This document shows positions 51,264 through 64,000 of a stretch of 64,000 nt of DNA, in pieces. A model generated the notes under the pieces. That model had not been told where the DNA came from and searched no databases. It saw only the letters and a list, made by a program, of their open reading frames with translations. Both the position numbers and the translations under genes were made by a program. The DNA is from Squalus acanthias (lineage: Eukaryota). The stretch spans positions 100,752,001-100,816,000 of the forward strand of contig CM059432.1 in assembly GCA_030390025.1 (NCBI GenBank). The letters are read 5' to 3'. Position 1 is the first letter of the stretch. Every line of letters starts with the position of its first letter.

Positions 51264-51710
51264 TATGAAGCCAGCAGGGTAGAGTACACATCTCCAGAGA
51301 TTATAGTAAGGCTTCATAATGCATTGGCAAGATTACATTTGGAGTATGGTGTTCCATTGTGATCACCATGCCACGAAAACATACATATGTTAAAGAGAAT
51401 ACAGAAGGGCCGATTGAAACTCAGGGTGGAAATTGGGGGGTGCGGTGGGTGCAAGTGAACTGAGAACCATCCAGCCCCTCGGAGCCTGAGGCCCAGGAGA
51501 TTTTAACTCCCAGGCTTCACTTACACGCCCCAACTCTTGACTCTCCCTGAAGCAGGTGGGAACGACATCACCACCGGTGGGATGGAGTCAAAATTGGAGC
51601 ATTTGTGGTCTGAGCTGGTCAGTTTTGCAGTTTTGGGCACCTATTTTATCACCCTTTACAAATATTACCATTCCTCTAACTAATTTAATGCAATAATTTT
51701 GAAAAACATT

Positions 51711-51823
51711 GGGGATGCATTTCCACGGAGGTTCTCGCACTCATCCAGTGTAACTACAGCAACCCTGGAAAATAGCATTAAAAACTGTTATCAGCAGGAG
51801 AACCCCCACAGAAATTCATCCCC
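51711..51823. mobile_element. 113-bp Harbinger/Tourist-like MITE
   Basis: att|GGGGATGCATTTC ... GAAATTCATCCCC|att; inner arms ggttctc and gagaacc. Confidence 0.75.
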
Positions 51824-52067
51824 ATTTTTTATCCTTTTAGCTCCACTTCTTGCTCATCTTTTTCTCACATTTATGTTTCCGTGATGCCAGTAATGCACTT
51901 ACCTGTATTTCCTAAAGTTTACTCCAACTCCAAACTTAATCTTCTAATTGAGAATCCAACACTTAGTGTTGCATGTATAAGATTGAGCCATCATTAATTC
52001 AGTTTCCATCAGTTCAGACTATTCAAAATATGCAATTAACTTTTGATGAGGCTCAGTAACACATAAT

Positions 52068-53337
52068 GGCCCAGAATTTGCGGTCGGCGGTGGAGCGACG
52101 GCAGACGCCACTGACAACGAAGAAAGCTACCCACAAAGATTTTGCAATCTCTGTGGCAAAAACTTAAGGGGAAAAATTGAGTCGCGCCCCCTTTGGGGCG
52201 CTAACTTCGCCGGGGCGCTACTTTTAGTGCCCCGAAAAAATTAGCGCCCCCGCGGCCGAAATTAATCGGTAGCGCCCCAAGAGAATATTGCGGCGCTATG
52301 TGCTGCAGCACGCCACGGTATTGCAGGCCTTCCTCCCCTTCTTAAAGGGGAGGGGCCTTGCGCAGCGCAACCCAGGGCCCAGCTGGGCCACCGGGATCAG
52401 AGTGCCGGCAAAAGAACCTGGCACTCAAGAGAAGTGCCGGGCTCATGGAGCACAGCCGGCACTCCGCGGGGGGGGGGGGGGGGGGGGGGGTGCTCAGGAG
52501 GCCGGGGACAGCAACGGAGGCAGGTGCTGGCAAGCGGCCAGCAACAAAAATAGCCACCCGGCACCTCACCTTTAATTAGCACCGCCCCGGCTACAGGTAG
52601 GCCCCCCTGACCCCGTCGGACATAGCATTCGGCGGTAAGTCAGGGGGGCTACCGAAGATCGCGGCCGGGGTGCGAGCAGGGCGCTGTGCATGGCGATGAC
52701 ATCATCACCGGCGGCGCCGCGCCGCGGGGTGCTAACGGTTACCACCGGCGCTAACCACCTGCTGAATTTCGCGGGAGGCGTTGCCGGTGCCGCGCCCGGG
52801 TGCTAGTTGCTTTGCACCCCTTAGCGCCCTCTTAAGGCACTAACGGGAGGCGCATAGCAACTGAATTTCTCTCCCTTAAGCTTTCTCGACATTAAATTGA
52901 TTGTAACGCTGTTAAAAAGGGTATTGCCAGCGAGCTGCAGCAGTGACGTCATCAAGCTGTCTAAGCAGCCAATCACATTGAAGAATTCTCACAGATAGCA
53001 AACTAGGAAATAAAAAGCACTGATTTAATTCACTGTTCAAAAATTTTATAGAGAGTGAAAAAAAGATTGAAGCTGAAAATCATTAACAAACTTTAAAAAA
53101 TGTATTTTTTTGTTATTATTTTAAAAATCTAGTAATTTTCTATCATAATGGAGAAGTTTGACATTCCACAAATATAACATTTGTTTTTCAGGGCCAGAAC
53201 GGTTGTTCAGCAGTCAATACACTGTTAAAACCCCACTCACACCTCTTTCAACAAGATTTAACTTCTAATCGGCTGTTTAACGCACAAATAGATCGGAAAA
53301 GCTTAAGTTTTCATCAGTTTAAACTTGTATTTATATA
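52068..53337. mobile_element. Older Harbinger-type element hosting MITE insertions
   Basis: Starts GGCCCAGAATTT; sequence continues after the 52167-52875 insertion (tgacgtca, ccaatc, then AT-rich core); right end not resolved. Confidence 0.5.
52167..52875. mobile_element. GC-rich Harbinger-type MITE family B
   Basis: tta|AGGGGAAAAATTG ... CTGAATTTCTCTCCC|tta (TTA TSD); long G run near 52468-52490; colinear with 31273-31892. Confidence 0.88.
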
Positions 53338-54220
53338 GGGGGAAAAATTCAGTTGGCTGCGCCTCCCGTTAGCGCCTTAAGAGGGCGCTAATGGGGCGCA
53401 AAGCATCTAGCGCCCAGGCGCGGCGAAGTTTGCGCCGCTCGCGAAATTAACTAGACATTTTGCGGCAGCGCTAAACACTACCGCCACGATCTCCTGCAGA
53501 TCGTGACGTCAGTCGAGTGCGCAACGCCCCGGTATCGCCCCGGAGCGGATATTGAGTGGTGCCCCCTGCCTTACCACCTGACGCTAGCAACGACAGGTTG
53601 AGGGGAGCGTTCTCCAGTCATGAAGGGAAAGGGGGAGCGCTATTTAAAGGTGACCGCTTCCTGCCTTTTATTGTTGGTGCCATTTTTGAACTACGCATTC
53701 TGAGAGAGAGAGAGACTTCTGGAGAGATTCAACGTTGTGTGAAGGAGTTTTGGGTACTGAGCAGCACTTTGCAGGTTCATTTTGATTTGCCATTCCTTGT
53801 ATCGATTTAGAAGAGACTGTGGGGGCTGCACTCTGAGCTCTTTGCCTGGTACTCTCCATTGTTCTTTCCAGCAGATTTGATGCGCAGGTCTCTCCAGGCC
53901 GAGATTCAAGGCTGCAATGAGCAAGATGTGGATGGAAAGCAAGATTAACCATCCCCTTTAAGAACTGGCCCGTGCCGTTGTGTGTGTGTTCCATTGCTGA
54001 CTGACATTACATGAGCTTCGCCAGCGCTCTGAGGTAGCGCCTCGCTCCTCGGCCTTTGCGCCTTAAGACAGGTGTGAAGCGCCTGATTTAGCGCTCCAAT
54101 CACCTCCAGGGGCGATAAAAGTCAAGTTTGCAGTCGGTGGCGATAATTAGCGCTAGGCGCTAATCTTTGCGCCCGGCCGATAATTGCGCCCCAAATGGGG
54201 CGATACTGAACTTCTCCCCC
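53338..54220. mobile_element. Harbinger-type MITE family A (883 bp)
   Basis: ata|GGGGGAAAAATTCAG ... CTGAACTTCTCCCCC|ata (ATA TSD); inverted copy of 2927-3818. Confidence 0.92.
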
Positions 54221-54877
54221 ATAGTATCTTAACAAGCCCTCAGAACAAATCCAATGCATGTCCCATTCAAAGAACCAGTTTTTGATGTGTAGCCACTGTT
54301 GTTATGTAAGTAACTTTGGAAGCCAAGAAAATCCCACAAAACAGCCAAAGAAATGAATGCCCTGTTAATTTTTTTTTTTAGTGGTATTGGTTTTGTTTCC
54401 ATAGTTTATGTTTTTACTCATTACAAGAATGACATTCAAAGCTCTATTTGTCACTGCATTTGCAGAAAAGGGCGAATATGAGCAGGAAAGGGCTGCCTGT
54501 GATATCAGTTGGTACACCAGTCCTTCTGCCACAATGCACATCTGATTGCCCATACCAGCAATGGCTGGCTGGTAATAATTTCGAAGGGAGATATTATCAG
54601 AGCTGTGCCACCTCCTTCAGGTCTTCCTGACAGAGATGGTATGGCTCTGTTACTATCTTTGGCTATTTTTTTATTTCCATGGGAAGATTTGGTGGCCCCA
54701 TTTCCACTGTAATCGCGCTGGCCACCATTTTAACTGCTCACTGCATTTAGGCAGCTGAGGCACCAGCCAGAAACAGGTAAGAGTCTCAATTTATGCAAAT
54801 TGGGTCCTATTACCTCAATGGGACCCCACTTGAGACCTGAGTGGGGAAGCCACCGTTGTTTTCCCGTCAAGCTGAAG

Positions 54878-55300
54878 CAACAACAACTTCGATTGATATA
54901 GCGCCTTTAACGTAGTAAAACATCCCAAGGCACTTCACAGGAGCATTTTCAAACAAAATTTAACACTGAACCACATGAGGAGGTACTAAGGCAGATGGAG
55001 GTAGGTTTTAAGGAGCGTCTTAAAGGAGGAAAGAGAGGTCGAGAGGCGGAGGGGTTTAGGGAGGGAATTCCAGAACTTAGGGTCTTGTCAGCTGAAGGCA
55101 CGGCTGCTGATGGTGAGGCGATTAAAATCGGGGACGCTCAAGAGGCCAAAATTGGAGGAGCGCAGAAATCTTGGCGGGTTGTAGACCTGGAGGAGATTAC
55201 AGAGATAGGGAGGGGCAAGGCCATGGAGGGATTTGAAAACAAGGATAAGGATTTTAAAATTGAAGCATTGCTTAACCGGGGGCCAATGTCGATCAGCAAG
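54878..55300 (-). mobile_element. L2-clade LINE 3' fragment
   Basis: (caa)n tail, then atatagcgcctttaacgtagtaaaacatcccaaggcacttcaca, the reverse complement of an L2-type 3' end resembling the SINE tail. Confidence 0.75.
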
Positions 55301-55492
55301 GATAGGTCTGTATCTGGTCTACATATAGAAAGGACCCTCCAAGGTAAATGGAAAAACGTTCCCTTGTGGAGCCAGGAGGAGCAGAGTTTTCTCTCCAGGC
55401 CTCACAAAGAGAGTTGCGATGTCCCCTTTCCTTCCCCCAACCCCCATTCCCTCTCGGGAACCCGCCCGAAACCTTCTCCACCCAACTTCACT

Positions 55493-55950
55493 TGTGTCAG
55501 CCGTGGCTCAGTTGGTAGCGCTCGCGCCTCTGGGTGAGAAGGTTGTAGATTCAAATCACACTACAGAGACTTGAGTACAAAAATCTAGGCTGATACTCCA
55601 GTGCAGCACTGAAGGAATGTTGCACTGTCAGAGGTGCTGTTTTTCAGATGAGACATTAAACTGCTCTCTCAGGTGGATGTAAATGATCCCATGGCACTAT
55701 TTTGAAGAACAGTGGAGTTATCCCCGGTGTCCTGGCCAATATTTATCTCTAATCAACATCACTAAAAAATAGATTATCTGGCCATTATCACGTTGCTGTT
55801 TGTGGGCGCTTGCTGTGCGCAAATTGGCTGTCATGTTTCCTACGTTACAACAGTGACGACACTTCAAAAGTAGTTAATTGGCTGTAAAGCCTTTTGGGAG
55901 ATCCTGAGGTCATGAAAGGTGCTATATAAATGCAAATTTTTCTTTTCTTT
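55493..55950 (+). mobile_element. Full-length tRNA-derived SINE, SacSINE1/DeuSINE-like, with an L2-type tail
   Basis: A box gtggctcagttgg, B-box-like gattcaaatc, central Deu-like block (cagatgagacattaaac...ggatgtaaatgatcccatggcactatt...gtgtcctggccaa), tail gaaaggtgctatataaatgcaa. Confidence 0.85.
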
Positions 55951-56005
55951 CTTTCCCGGTGAGCCTGGCTGTGGTGTTGGCTGGTGGCCTGCGGCCCCCT
56001 CAAAT

Positions 56006-58172
56006 TTAGGAACATGAGAATATAAGAAATAGGAGCAGGAGTAGGCCATATTGCCCTTCGGGCCTGCTCTGTCATTCAATAAGATCATGACTGACCTTCG
56101 ACCTCAACTCCACTTTCCCGCCTGATCCCCATATCCTTTGATTCGCTGAGAGTCCAAATATCTATCAATCTCAGCCTTGAATATACTCAACAACTGAGCA
56201 TCCACAGCCCTTTGGGGTAGAGAATTCCAAAGAGTCACAATTCTGAGTGAAGAAATGTCTCCTCATCTCAGTCCTAAAGGGCCAAACCCTTATCCTGAGA
56301 CTGTGACCCCTAGTTCTAGACTCTCAAGCCAGGGGAAACAGCCTCTCAGCATCTACCCTGTCAATCCCACTCAGAATCTTGTATGTTTCAATGAGATCAC
56401 CTCTCATTCTTCTAAACTCCAGAGAGTATAGGCCCATTCTACTCAATCTCTTATCATAGGACAGCCCTCTCTTCCCAAGAATCAATTTAGTGAACCTTTG
56501 TTGCACCCCCCTGAGGCAAGTATATCCTTCCTTAGGTACGAAGACCAAAACTGTACAGGGTACTTCAGGTGTGGTCTCACCAAAGCCCTGTACAATTGCA
56601 GCAACACTTCCTTGCTCTTGTATTCCAACCCCCTTGCAATAAGGGCCAACATAGCACTTGCCTTCCTAAATCAAAATATACTACCTCCGCTGGTTCCCCT
56701 TTATCTACCCTGCTAGTTAAATCCTCAAAAAACTCTAATATATTTGTCAAACATGATTTCCCTTTCATAAAACCATGTTGACTATGCCTAATCATGTTAT
56801 GATTTTTAAGTGGCCTGTTTCCACTTTCTTAATAATGGATTCCAGCACTTTCTTTATGACTGATGTCAGGCTAACTGGCCTTTAGTTCCCTGTTTTCTCT
56901 CTCCCTTCTTTTTTGAATAGCGGTGTTACATTTGCTACCTTCCAATCCATTGGGACCATTCCAGAATCTAGGAAATTTTGGAACATCACAACCAGTGCAT
57001 CCATTATCTCTGCAGCCACCTCTTTTAGAAACATAGGATGTAGCCATCAGGTCCAGAGATTTGTTGGCTTTTAGTCCCATTATCATCAAAACAGATTATC
57101 TGGTCATTAACACATTGCTGCTTATGGGAGCTTGCTGTGCACAAATTGGCTGCCGCTTTTTCTACATTACAACAGTGATTACACTTCAAAAAGCATTCCA
57201 TTGACTGTAAAGCACTTTGGGACGTCCACTGGTCCTGAAAGGCGCTATATAAATGGAAGTCTTTCTTTTTCATTAATTTCTCTAGTACTTTTCCTTTACA
57301 AATATTAATTACTTTAAGTTCCTCACTCTCATTAGAACCGTGGTTCCCCACTATTTTCTGTTCTTTTTTGTGTCTTCTACTCTGAAGACATATACAAAAT
57401 ATTTGTTTAACATCTCTGCCATTTCCTTATTCCCCATTATAATTTCTCCTGTCTCAGCCTCTAAGGGACCCACATTTATTTTCACTGCTCTCTTCCTTTT
57501 TACATACTTGGAGAAGTTCTTACAATCTGTTTTTATATTTCTTGCTAGTTTACTCCCATTCTATTTTCTCCATCTTCATCAACTTTTTGGTCATCCTTTG
57601 CTGGTTTGTGAAACTCTCCCAACCCTCAAGCTTACTACTCTTCTTGGCAACATTATAAGCCTCTCCTTTTAATCTAATACTGTACTATCCTCAATTTCTT
57701 TAGTTAGCCACACATGGATCACTTTTCCCGTGGAGTTTTTATTTCTCAATGGAATGTATATTTGTTGAGAATTATGAAATAGCTCTTTAAATGTTCACCA
57801 TTTCATATCTACCATCACACCTTTTAATTTAATTTCCCAATCTACCATAGCCAACTCACCCTCCATAACTTTGTAATTGGCTTTATTTAAGTTTAATACT
57901 CTATTTTCGGACTTAAGTACATCACTCTCGAACTCAATGTGAAATCATATTATGTTCACTCTTCCCCAGGGGCTCCCTTACTATGAGATTACTAATTAAC
58001 CCCATCTCATTACACAAGACAAGATCTAAAATAACCTCTTCCTTGGTTGGCTCCATGACATATTCTAGGAAACTGTCTCAAATGCATTCCATGAACTCAT
58101 CCTCCAAACTACTTTTGCCAATTTGATTTGTCCAGTCTATATGAAGATTAAAGTCCCCCATGATTATTGCAT
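56006..58172 (-). mobile_element. CR1 LINE fragment (EN, RT, 3' UTR) with a large RT deletion near 56665 and a SINE insertion
   Basis: ORFs 56577..56795 (SQHGFMKGKSCL), 56324..56548 and part of 57025..57351. Confidence 0.92.
57083..57270 (+). mobile_element. 5'-truncated SacSINE1-like SINE inserted in a CR1
   Basis: Matches 55760-55950; flanked by the direct repeat catta (57078-57082 and 57271-57275). Confidence 0.85.
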
Positions 58173-58174
58173 TT

Positions 58175-58337
58175 CTCTCCCGCCTGCCAGCCAGCTACTG
58201 CTTTCCACCTCTTTTGGGTAGGCAGCTGCCCGGCGGCGTGTAGCTAAGCCCCAGGAGATAAAAACAAACCAAGCTCAAACTTTTGCACTGCCCCATCTCG
58301 TGACCACCCGAACCCGCTGGGGGTTAAAATTAACCCC
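58175..58337. mobile_element. Right end of a Harbinger-type element
   Basis: Ends GGGGTTAAAATTAACCCC|tta; abuts the 5' end of the CR1. Confidence 0.5.
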
Positions 58338-59821
58338 TTAGACATAAGCAGTTTTACTGTGGCAGAAGGTGGCCAGAAAGGAGCTGATAAGTGCATCTAT
58401 CAGCAGCTGATATGTGATTTAAGTGCAGGATGAGCAGCTGTTTCACACAGGTCCAAAATAATGGCCCATTTGTTAGCATTGTCTCATCATTCAGGAGACA
58501 TCTAGCACTTAGATGTTGACAAATTTCTTTGATCTGTGCAAGTCGTTGAAGGGAGGATTTTAAAAATAAAACACAGACACTTGTAGTCATTCAGTAAAGC
58601 ATCAGAAAAACTGTGAAAGGAGTCAGGAAGCAGCAGGCTACAATAGGAGAACCTTTACCCAAATCAAGGAGATTTCCTGTTTTCAATGCAAAGTAAAGGA
58701 TCCACCAAAAGTGGGCTAGTGTATGTGTGTTCATTTATGTAACAGTACACAAACAAAAGTTAAACTGAGTAACTTTGATCATACTCAGTGTTCTGTAATG
58801 TTTAGCTACTGTGGAATAAAGCAGTTTACAATCCAAACCAAACAATGCCTTGTCTAGTGTTAACTCGGTCTAGTTCGGAAAGATTAAAGGTTTGTGATTA
58901 TGGGTTTAAGACACCGAGATCCAGTTCAGGTCATAAGGGAGGTTGATTGTTACAATCCTAGGTCCCACTACCATGCCAGCAGAGATAGAGCAGTAGGAGT
59001 CAGCTTCTGTAAAAAAGCAAGCAACCAGACCACTCAAGGAAGTGACTGATGCCAATGAACCCAAGCAGATATGTGTGACAGACCCAAATTCCAACAGGCA
59101 CATTTAATCATTACTCTAATTGACATAAAAGAGATCTCAGGAATAATTTTCAACTTCCCCAGCTGGGTGGTGACCTGGCCGAGTAGATGAAAATCAGGTG
59201 GGTTTTACAAGAGGAGGACAATCCACTCTGTCAGGTTACTGCTCAGGTGGTGAACTTGAAAATTACCCTTTTAATCTCACGTGGCCCACTTGCTATCTCT
59301 GACACGTTGGGGGGGGGGGCGGACGAATATTCCTGGTGACTGGTGCTGCCTGATTTCAGGCACTTCCTTCCATACCTTGGCGGAAGTGCATATCATGTAC
59401 TTGGCGCTTCTGAAGGTGTGGGGGGGGGCGGGGGGCGTAGATAGCATCATCAATTATGTTCCTTCTCCACTAACTCCTTCCAGCATAGCTTGATGTCCTT
59501 GGAATGCAAAACTGCCTTTCCCCATTCTGTATTACCCAATTTTGCGAAGTAAATATCTGTCTTTGCTTTCCCAGTGATACCTCAGGTGCATACCTGTCTC
59601 TTAATTGCAGTTTCCAGCAGATTTACAGGATTCGTGCCTCTTCTTTTTCATTGGCTTGCCCACTACGTGGGAAATATAGCCCAAAGATTGAAAGTAGTAA
59701 AATCATGTGTAAAGCAAATAGTCTTTGTTACTCCCAAAAACTTTCAGTAACCCCCAATTAGTCCTTGAATAGTGCAACAGCAGCAATTTATAGGCTGCGG
59801 TGACTTCAAATAGTTCCTTAC

Positions 59822-60010
59822 CATCACAAGTAGGCAATGGGTGATTCCACCAGTGATTCTTCTCACACATCAGAGGTTCCTCATGGCTCATTGTGTAACC
59901 AGATTCACAGCTGAATGCTACAGTGGAACCTATTGCGAAGTCCTGCCCATAACGATACCCATTCACTGGGATCCCAGGATCCATGCAGGAATATGTATCT
60001 ACTGTAACAC
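59822..60010 (-). CDS. CSMD3: CSMD3 coding exon, Sushi domain; 189 nt, phase 1-1
   Basis: gttcctgcag|GTGTTACA...TGTGATG|gtaagg; VTVDTYSCMDPGIPVNGYRYGQDFAIGSTVAFSCESGYTMSHEEPLMCEKNHWWNHPLPTCD, with four Cys and the conserved Trp. Confidence 0.95.
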
Positions 60011-60199
60011 CTGCAGGAACAGAAATGGAAACATAAAAGAAACAAAAGAAACAAAACTCACACTGCTTATCTAAAATTGAACATTTTGTTTCATTGTATT
60101 CATAACAGCTATTTTATACACAGTGACTGCTTCCTTTGTAACACAATATCAAAATTTAGCTCTAATGAAACAAATCTAAATGAAGCATAAGGTCAATTA

Positions 60200-60469
<270 letters not shown>

Positions 60470-60842
60470 TCAAACAAGTTTAAATGCTGGAGAGTTACAA
60501 ATCAACCTCTTAGCAGGCATCACCAAAGTATGCTTAACCAACCACATAAAACAAATTAATGACCAGGTTTTAAGAAATAATTTGATCATAAATATTTAAT
60601 TATCATAAACTGAGAAAGGCAATACAAAACCAATTCCTTCTGTATCACTAAGTAGAACATTAACCTCTAAACAGTACAAGAATCATTATAATTCTACTTT
60701 TATCTTTTTGAAACATATATATTGATACGAAAGTAATGGAAGAACTGTTTTATATATGCTGATGTGTATGCAGTACTATACGTTGTTTTTTATTCAAGAT
60801 ATTTGCCAAGGTATCAAAACTAAGCATTTTCCTCTATAACTA

Positions 60843-61106
<264 letters not shown>

Positions 61107-61452
61107 TTACACCTTACCATATGCGTATCAATCTAAAGACTCGGCAAAGCTGTAGTGCAGTATTAAATATAAAATAGCCATTACTGAAAAATAAGTAAAA
61201 AGTTGATTAAAGAATATCAAAATTGCAAGAGTGGAAAAAGTTTGAATGTCCCATTGTACACACAATTAATTCTGTTCAGAATGCATATTTCATAATAACA
61301 AAAATAAATTATATGAATGTGACAATATTGCAAGTATCACTTCCCTATTGCAAAATATCCAACTGAAAATAATTAATTTCACTGTCAGTACATGTAGCAA
61401 ATGCTTTGTATCTATTAGAGCTAAGTTACCACAATGAAAATTAGAGCGTTTT

Positions 61453-62385
61453 TAGGAACATAGGAACAGGAGTCGCTCGAGCCTGTTCCGCCATTCAATT
61501 AGATCGTGGCTGAGCTGTAGCTCAACTCCATTTACCCGCCTTTGCTCCATATCCCTTGATACCCTTACCCAACCAAAATCCATCAATCTCAGTCTTGAAA
61601 ATCTCAATTCACCCAGCATGCACAGTTTTTTTGGGGGGAGTGAGTTCCAGAATTCCATTACCCTTTGTGTGAAAAATGCTTCCTGATTTCACTTCTAAAT
61701 GGCCACCTCTAATTTTAGGATTGTGCCCTCTTGTTCTGGGTTCCCCCACTAGAGGAGATAGCTTCTCTGTATCTACCCTATTGAATCCCTTTACCATGTT
61801 AAACACCTTGATTAGATCACCCCTTAATATTCTAAACTCAGGGGAACACACCTTAGTTTATAATTTAATCCTTTAAAGACCTGGTATTATTCTGGTGAAT
61901 CTGTACTGTACCCCTTCCAAGGCCAGTATTAAGGTTTGGTGCCCAAAACTGAATGCAGTACTCCAGATGGGGTCTGTATAATTGATGCATCACTTCCTCA
62001 CTTTTGAATTCCAACCCCCTTGAGATAAAGGCCAATGTTCCATTAGCTTTTTCGATTATTTTTTGTACCTGTGCATAGGTTTTTAGTGATTTCTGTATAT
62101 GGACCCCTAAATCTCTTTCCTGATCCACAGCCCTCACTATTAAGAAAATATTCTGTTTGGTCTTTCTCAAATCCAAAGTGGATGATCTCACTCTTCCCCA
62201 AACTGGATTCCATCTGCCATACATTTTCCCACTTGCTTAGTCTGTCTGTCTCTTTGTAACTTTCTGCTCACATCTTCAGAACTTACTGTGCCTCCTAACT
62301 CTCTATTCCTTCATCCAAGTCATTAATATATATGGCAAAAAGCTGAGGCCCCAGTGCAGATCACTGGGGAACACCACTTGTCACA
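61453..62385 (-). mobile_element. Degraded CR1 LINE fragment filling most of a 1345-nt CSMD3 intron
   Basis: ORFs 61865..62224 (RDLGV, RPHLEYC) and 61609..61851 (LRGDLI). Confidence 0.9.
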
Positions 62386-62391
62386 TTTTTA

Positions 62392-62682
<291 letters not shown>

Positions 62683-62794
62683 TTAAAGTCACTCTATTTT
62701 GAAAGAAACATGACGTGTTGTATATGCAAATATTCTGCAATATAGTCAGAGTTAACTAATCACTTACCGTGGAATCTCAGGGCCTATAATATAA

Positions 62795-62912
62795 AGGAAG
62801 AAGGGGAAGAGGGAGTGGTGAGGAGAGAGGGAGAAGGAGGGGCAGGAGAGGGAAACGGAGGAGGGGAGGATAAGGAAGGGAAGAGGAGGAGGGGAGGAAG
62901 AATAATAATAAT
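62795..62912. repeat. Purine-rich (G/A) low-complexity tract followed by (AAT)n
   Basis: ggaagaaggggaagaggg...gaggaggaggggaggaagaataataataat. Confidence 0.85.
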
Positions 62913-63450
62913 TTGCATTTACATAGCACCTTTAATGTAAAGAATTATCCCATAACACTTCACAGAGATGTAAGGAAAAAATTGATACCAAGCCAAAGAA
63001 CCACATATTAGAAGGAGTGACCTAAAGCTTGGTCAAAGAGATGGGCTTTTCAGATGGTGTTATAGAAGAAGGAGGACTTGGAGAAGATATGGGGTCAGAA
63101 ACTCGGCTTGAACTTGAATAGGGTGCTGAGGTTGTGAACAGTCTGGTTCAGCCTGAGAGTGCTGGGAGGGGGATGGAATCGGGGTATGGCGTTTGTGGCG
63201 GGTGCTGAAATTAATAGCTTCAGCCTTCCCAATATTTGGCTGGAGCACATTGCAGCTCATCCAAGACTGGATGGCAGACAAGCAATCCTAAATTACAGAG
63301 GCACTGGAGGGGTCAAGAGGAAGAGAGGTAGAGCTGGTCATCAGTATACATGTAGAAACTAACTGATATTGCCAAGGGGCAGCAAGGGGGCCAAGGATGG
63401 ATCCTTGGGATGAATCCGAAGCTGATAGATTGGGGGTGATAAGGAAAGCC
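62900..63450 (-). mobile_element. Degraded L2-clade LINE fragment
   Basis: ORF 63060..63281 (SAIQSWMSCNVLQPNIGKAEAI) resembles the L2 RT motif I..WM..N.L.LN..KTE; L2-type 3' end near 62910-62970. Confidence 0.75.
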
Positions 63451-63494
63451 ACTGGTTAAGATCTTCCGGCTCCAATCCAATAGATAGATCTACA

Positions 63495-64000
63495 TGTGCT
63501 TGAACCTTTATAAAACATTGGTTTGGCCTCAACTGGAGTACTGTGTCCAATTCTGGGCACCACATTGCAGGAAGGATGTGAGGGCCTTAGAGAGGGTGCA
63601 GAAAAGATTTACAAGAATGGTTCCAGGGATGAGGGACTTCAGTTACGTGGATAGACTGGAGAAGCTGGGGTTGTTCTCCTTACAGCAGAGAAGGTTGAGA
63701 GGAGTTTTGATAGAGATGTTCAAAATCATGAGGGGTCTGGACAGAGTAGATAGAGAGAAACTGTTCCCATTGGAGGAAGGGTCGAGAACCAGAGGACACA
63801 GATTTAAGGTGATTGGCAGAAGAACCAAAGGCGACATGAGGAAAAACTTTTTTACCCAGTGAGTAGTTAGGATCTGGAATGCACTGCCTGAAAGGGTGGT
63901 GGAGGCAGATTTAATCGTGGCTTTCAAAAGGGAATTGGATAAGTACCTGAAGGAAAATTTTTTGCAGGGCTACAGGGAAAGGGCGGGGGAGTGGGACCAG
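63495..64000 (+). mobile_element. CR1 LINE 3' fragment running off the window edge
   Basis: ORF 63494..63862 (LVWPQLEYCVQFW, RTRGHRFK, KNFFTQ). Confidence 0.93.

Noticed and set aside
52468..52490. Long G homopolymer as a functional G-quadruplex
   Set aside because: The homologous position in the 31273 copy has only a short G run, so this is slippage or sequencing error in a MITE.
54995..55537. 180-aa ORF
   Set aside because: It is an antisense read-through of an L2 fragment into a SINE head, with no recognisable domain.
55493..55570. tRNA gene
   Set aside because: The A and B boxes run straight into a SINE body and L2-type tail; no intact cloverleaf is evident.

Overview
This is eukaryotic vertebrate DNA, most likely from a shark or other elasmobranch (inferred from the repeat landscape: dense CR1 LINEs, a SacSINE1/DeuSINE-like SINE and PIF/Harbinger elements). 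The whole window lies inside one large minus-strand gene, CSMD3 (CUB and Sushi multiple domains 3). I can delimit seven GT-AG coding exons that splice in frame (1233 nt, 411 codons) and encode Sushi-CUB-Sushi-CUB-Sushi; three of them are not in the ORF track. One intron is about 39.8 kb. The rest is mostly transposon-derived: about 20 CR1 fragments, L2 fragments, tRNA-derived SINEs, two Penelope-like remnants with degenerate hammerhead ribozyme cores, a 28-bp minisatellite, and many non-autonomous Harbinger derivatives and MITEs with short TIRs and 3-bp TSDs, often nested with CR1. I see no prokaryotic genes, no CRISPR array and no clearly new biological system. The best leads are the Harbinger deletion series carrying promoter and splice-donor motifs, the hammerhead-like cores on the CSMD3 sense strand, inverted repeats bracketing in-frame exon blocks, and a candidate 16-nt microexon. 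Family names come from recalled motifs rather than database searches, and repeat boundaries are approximate unless a TSD is quoted.
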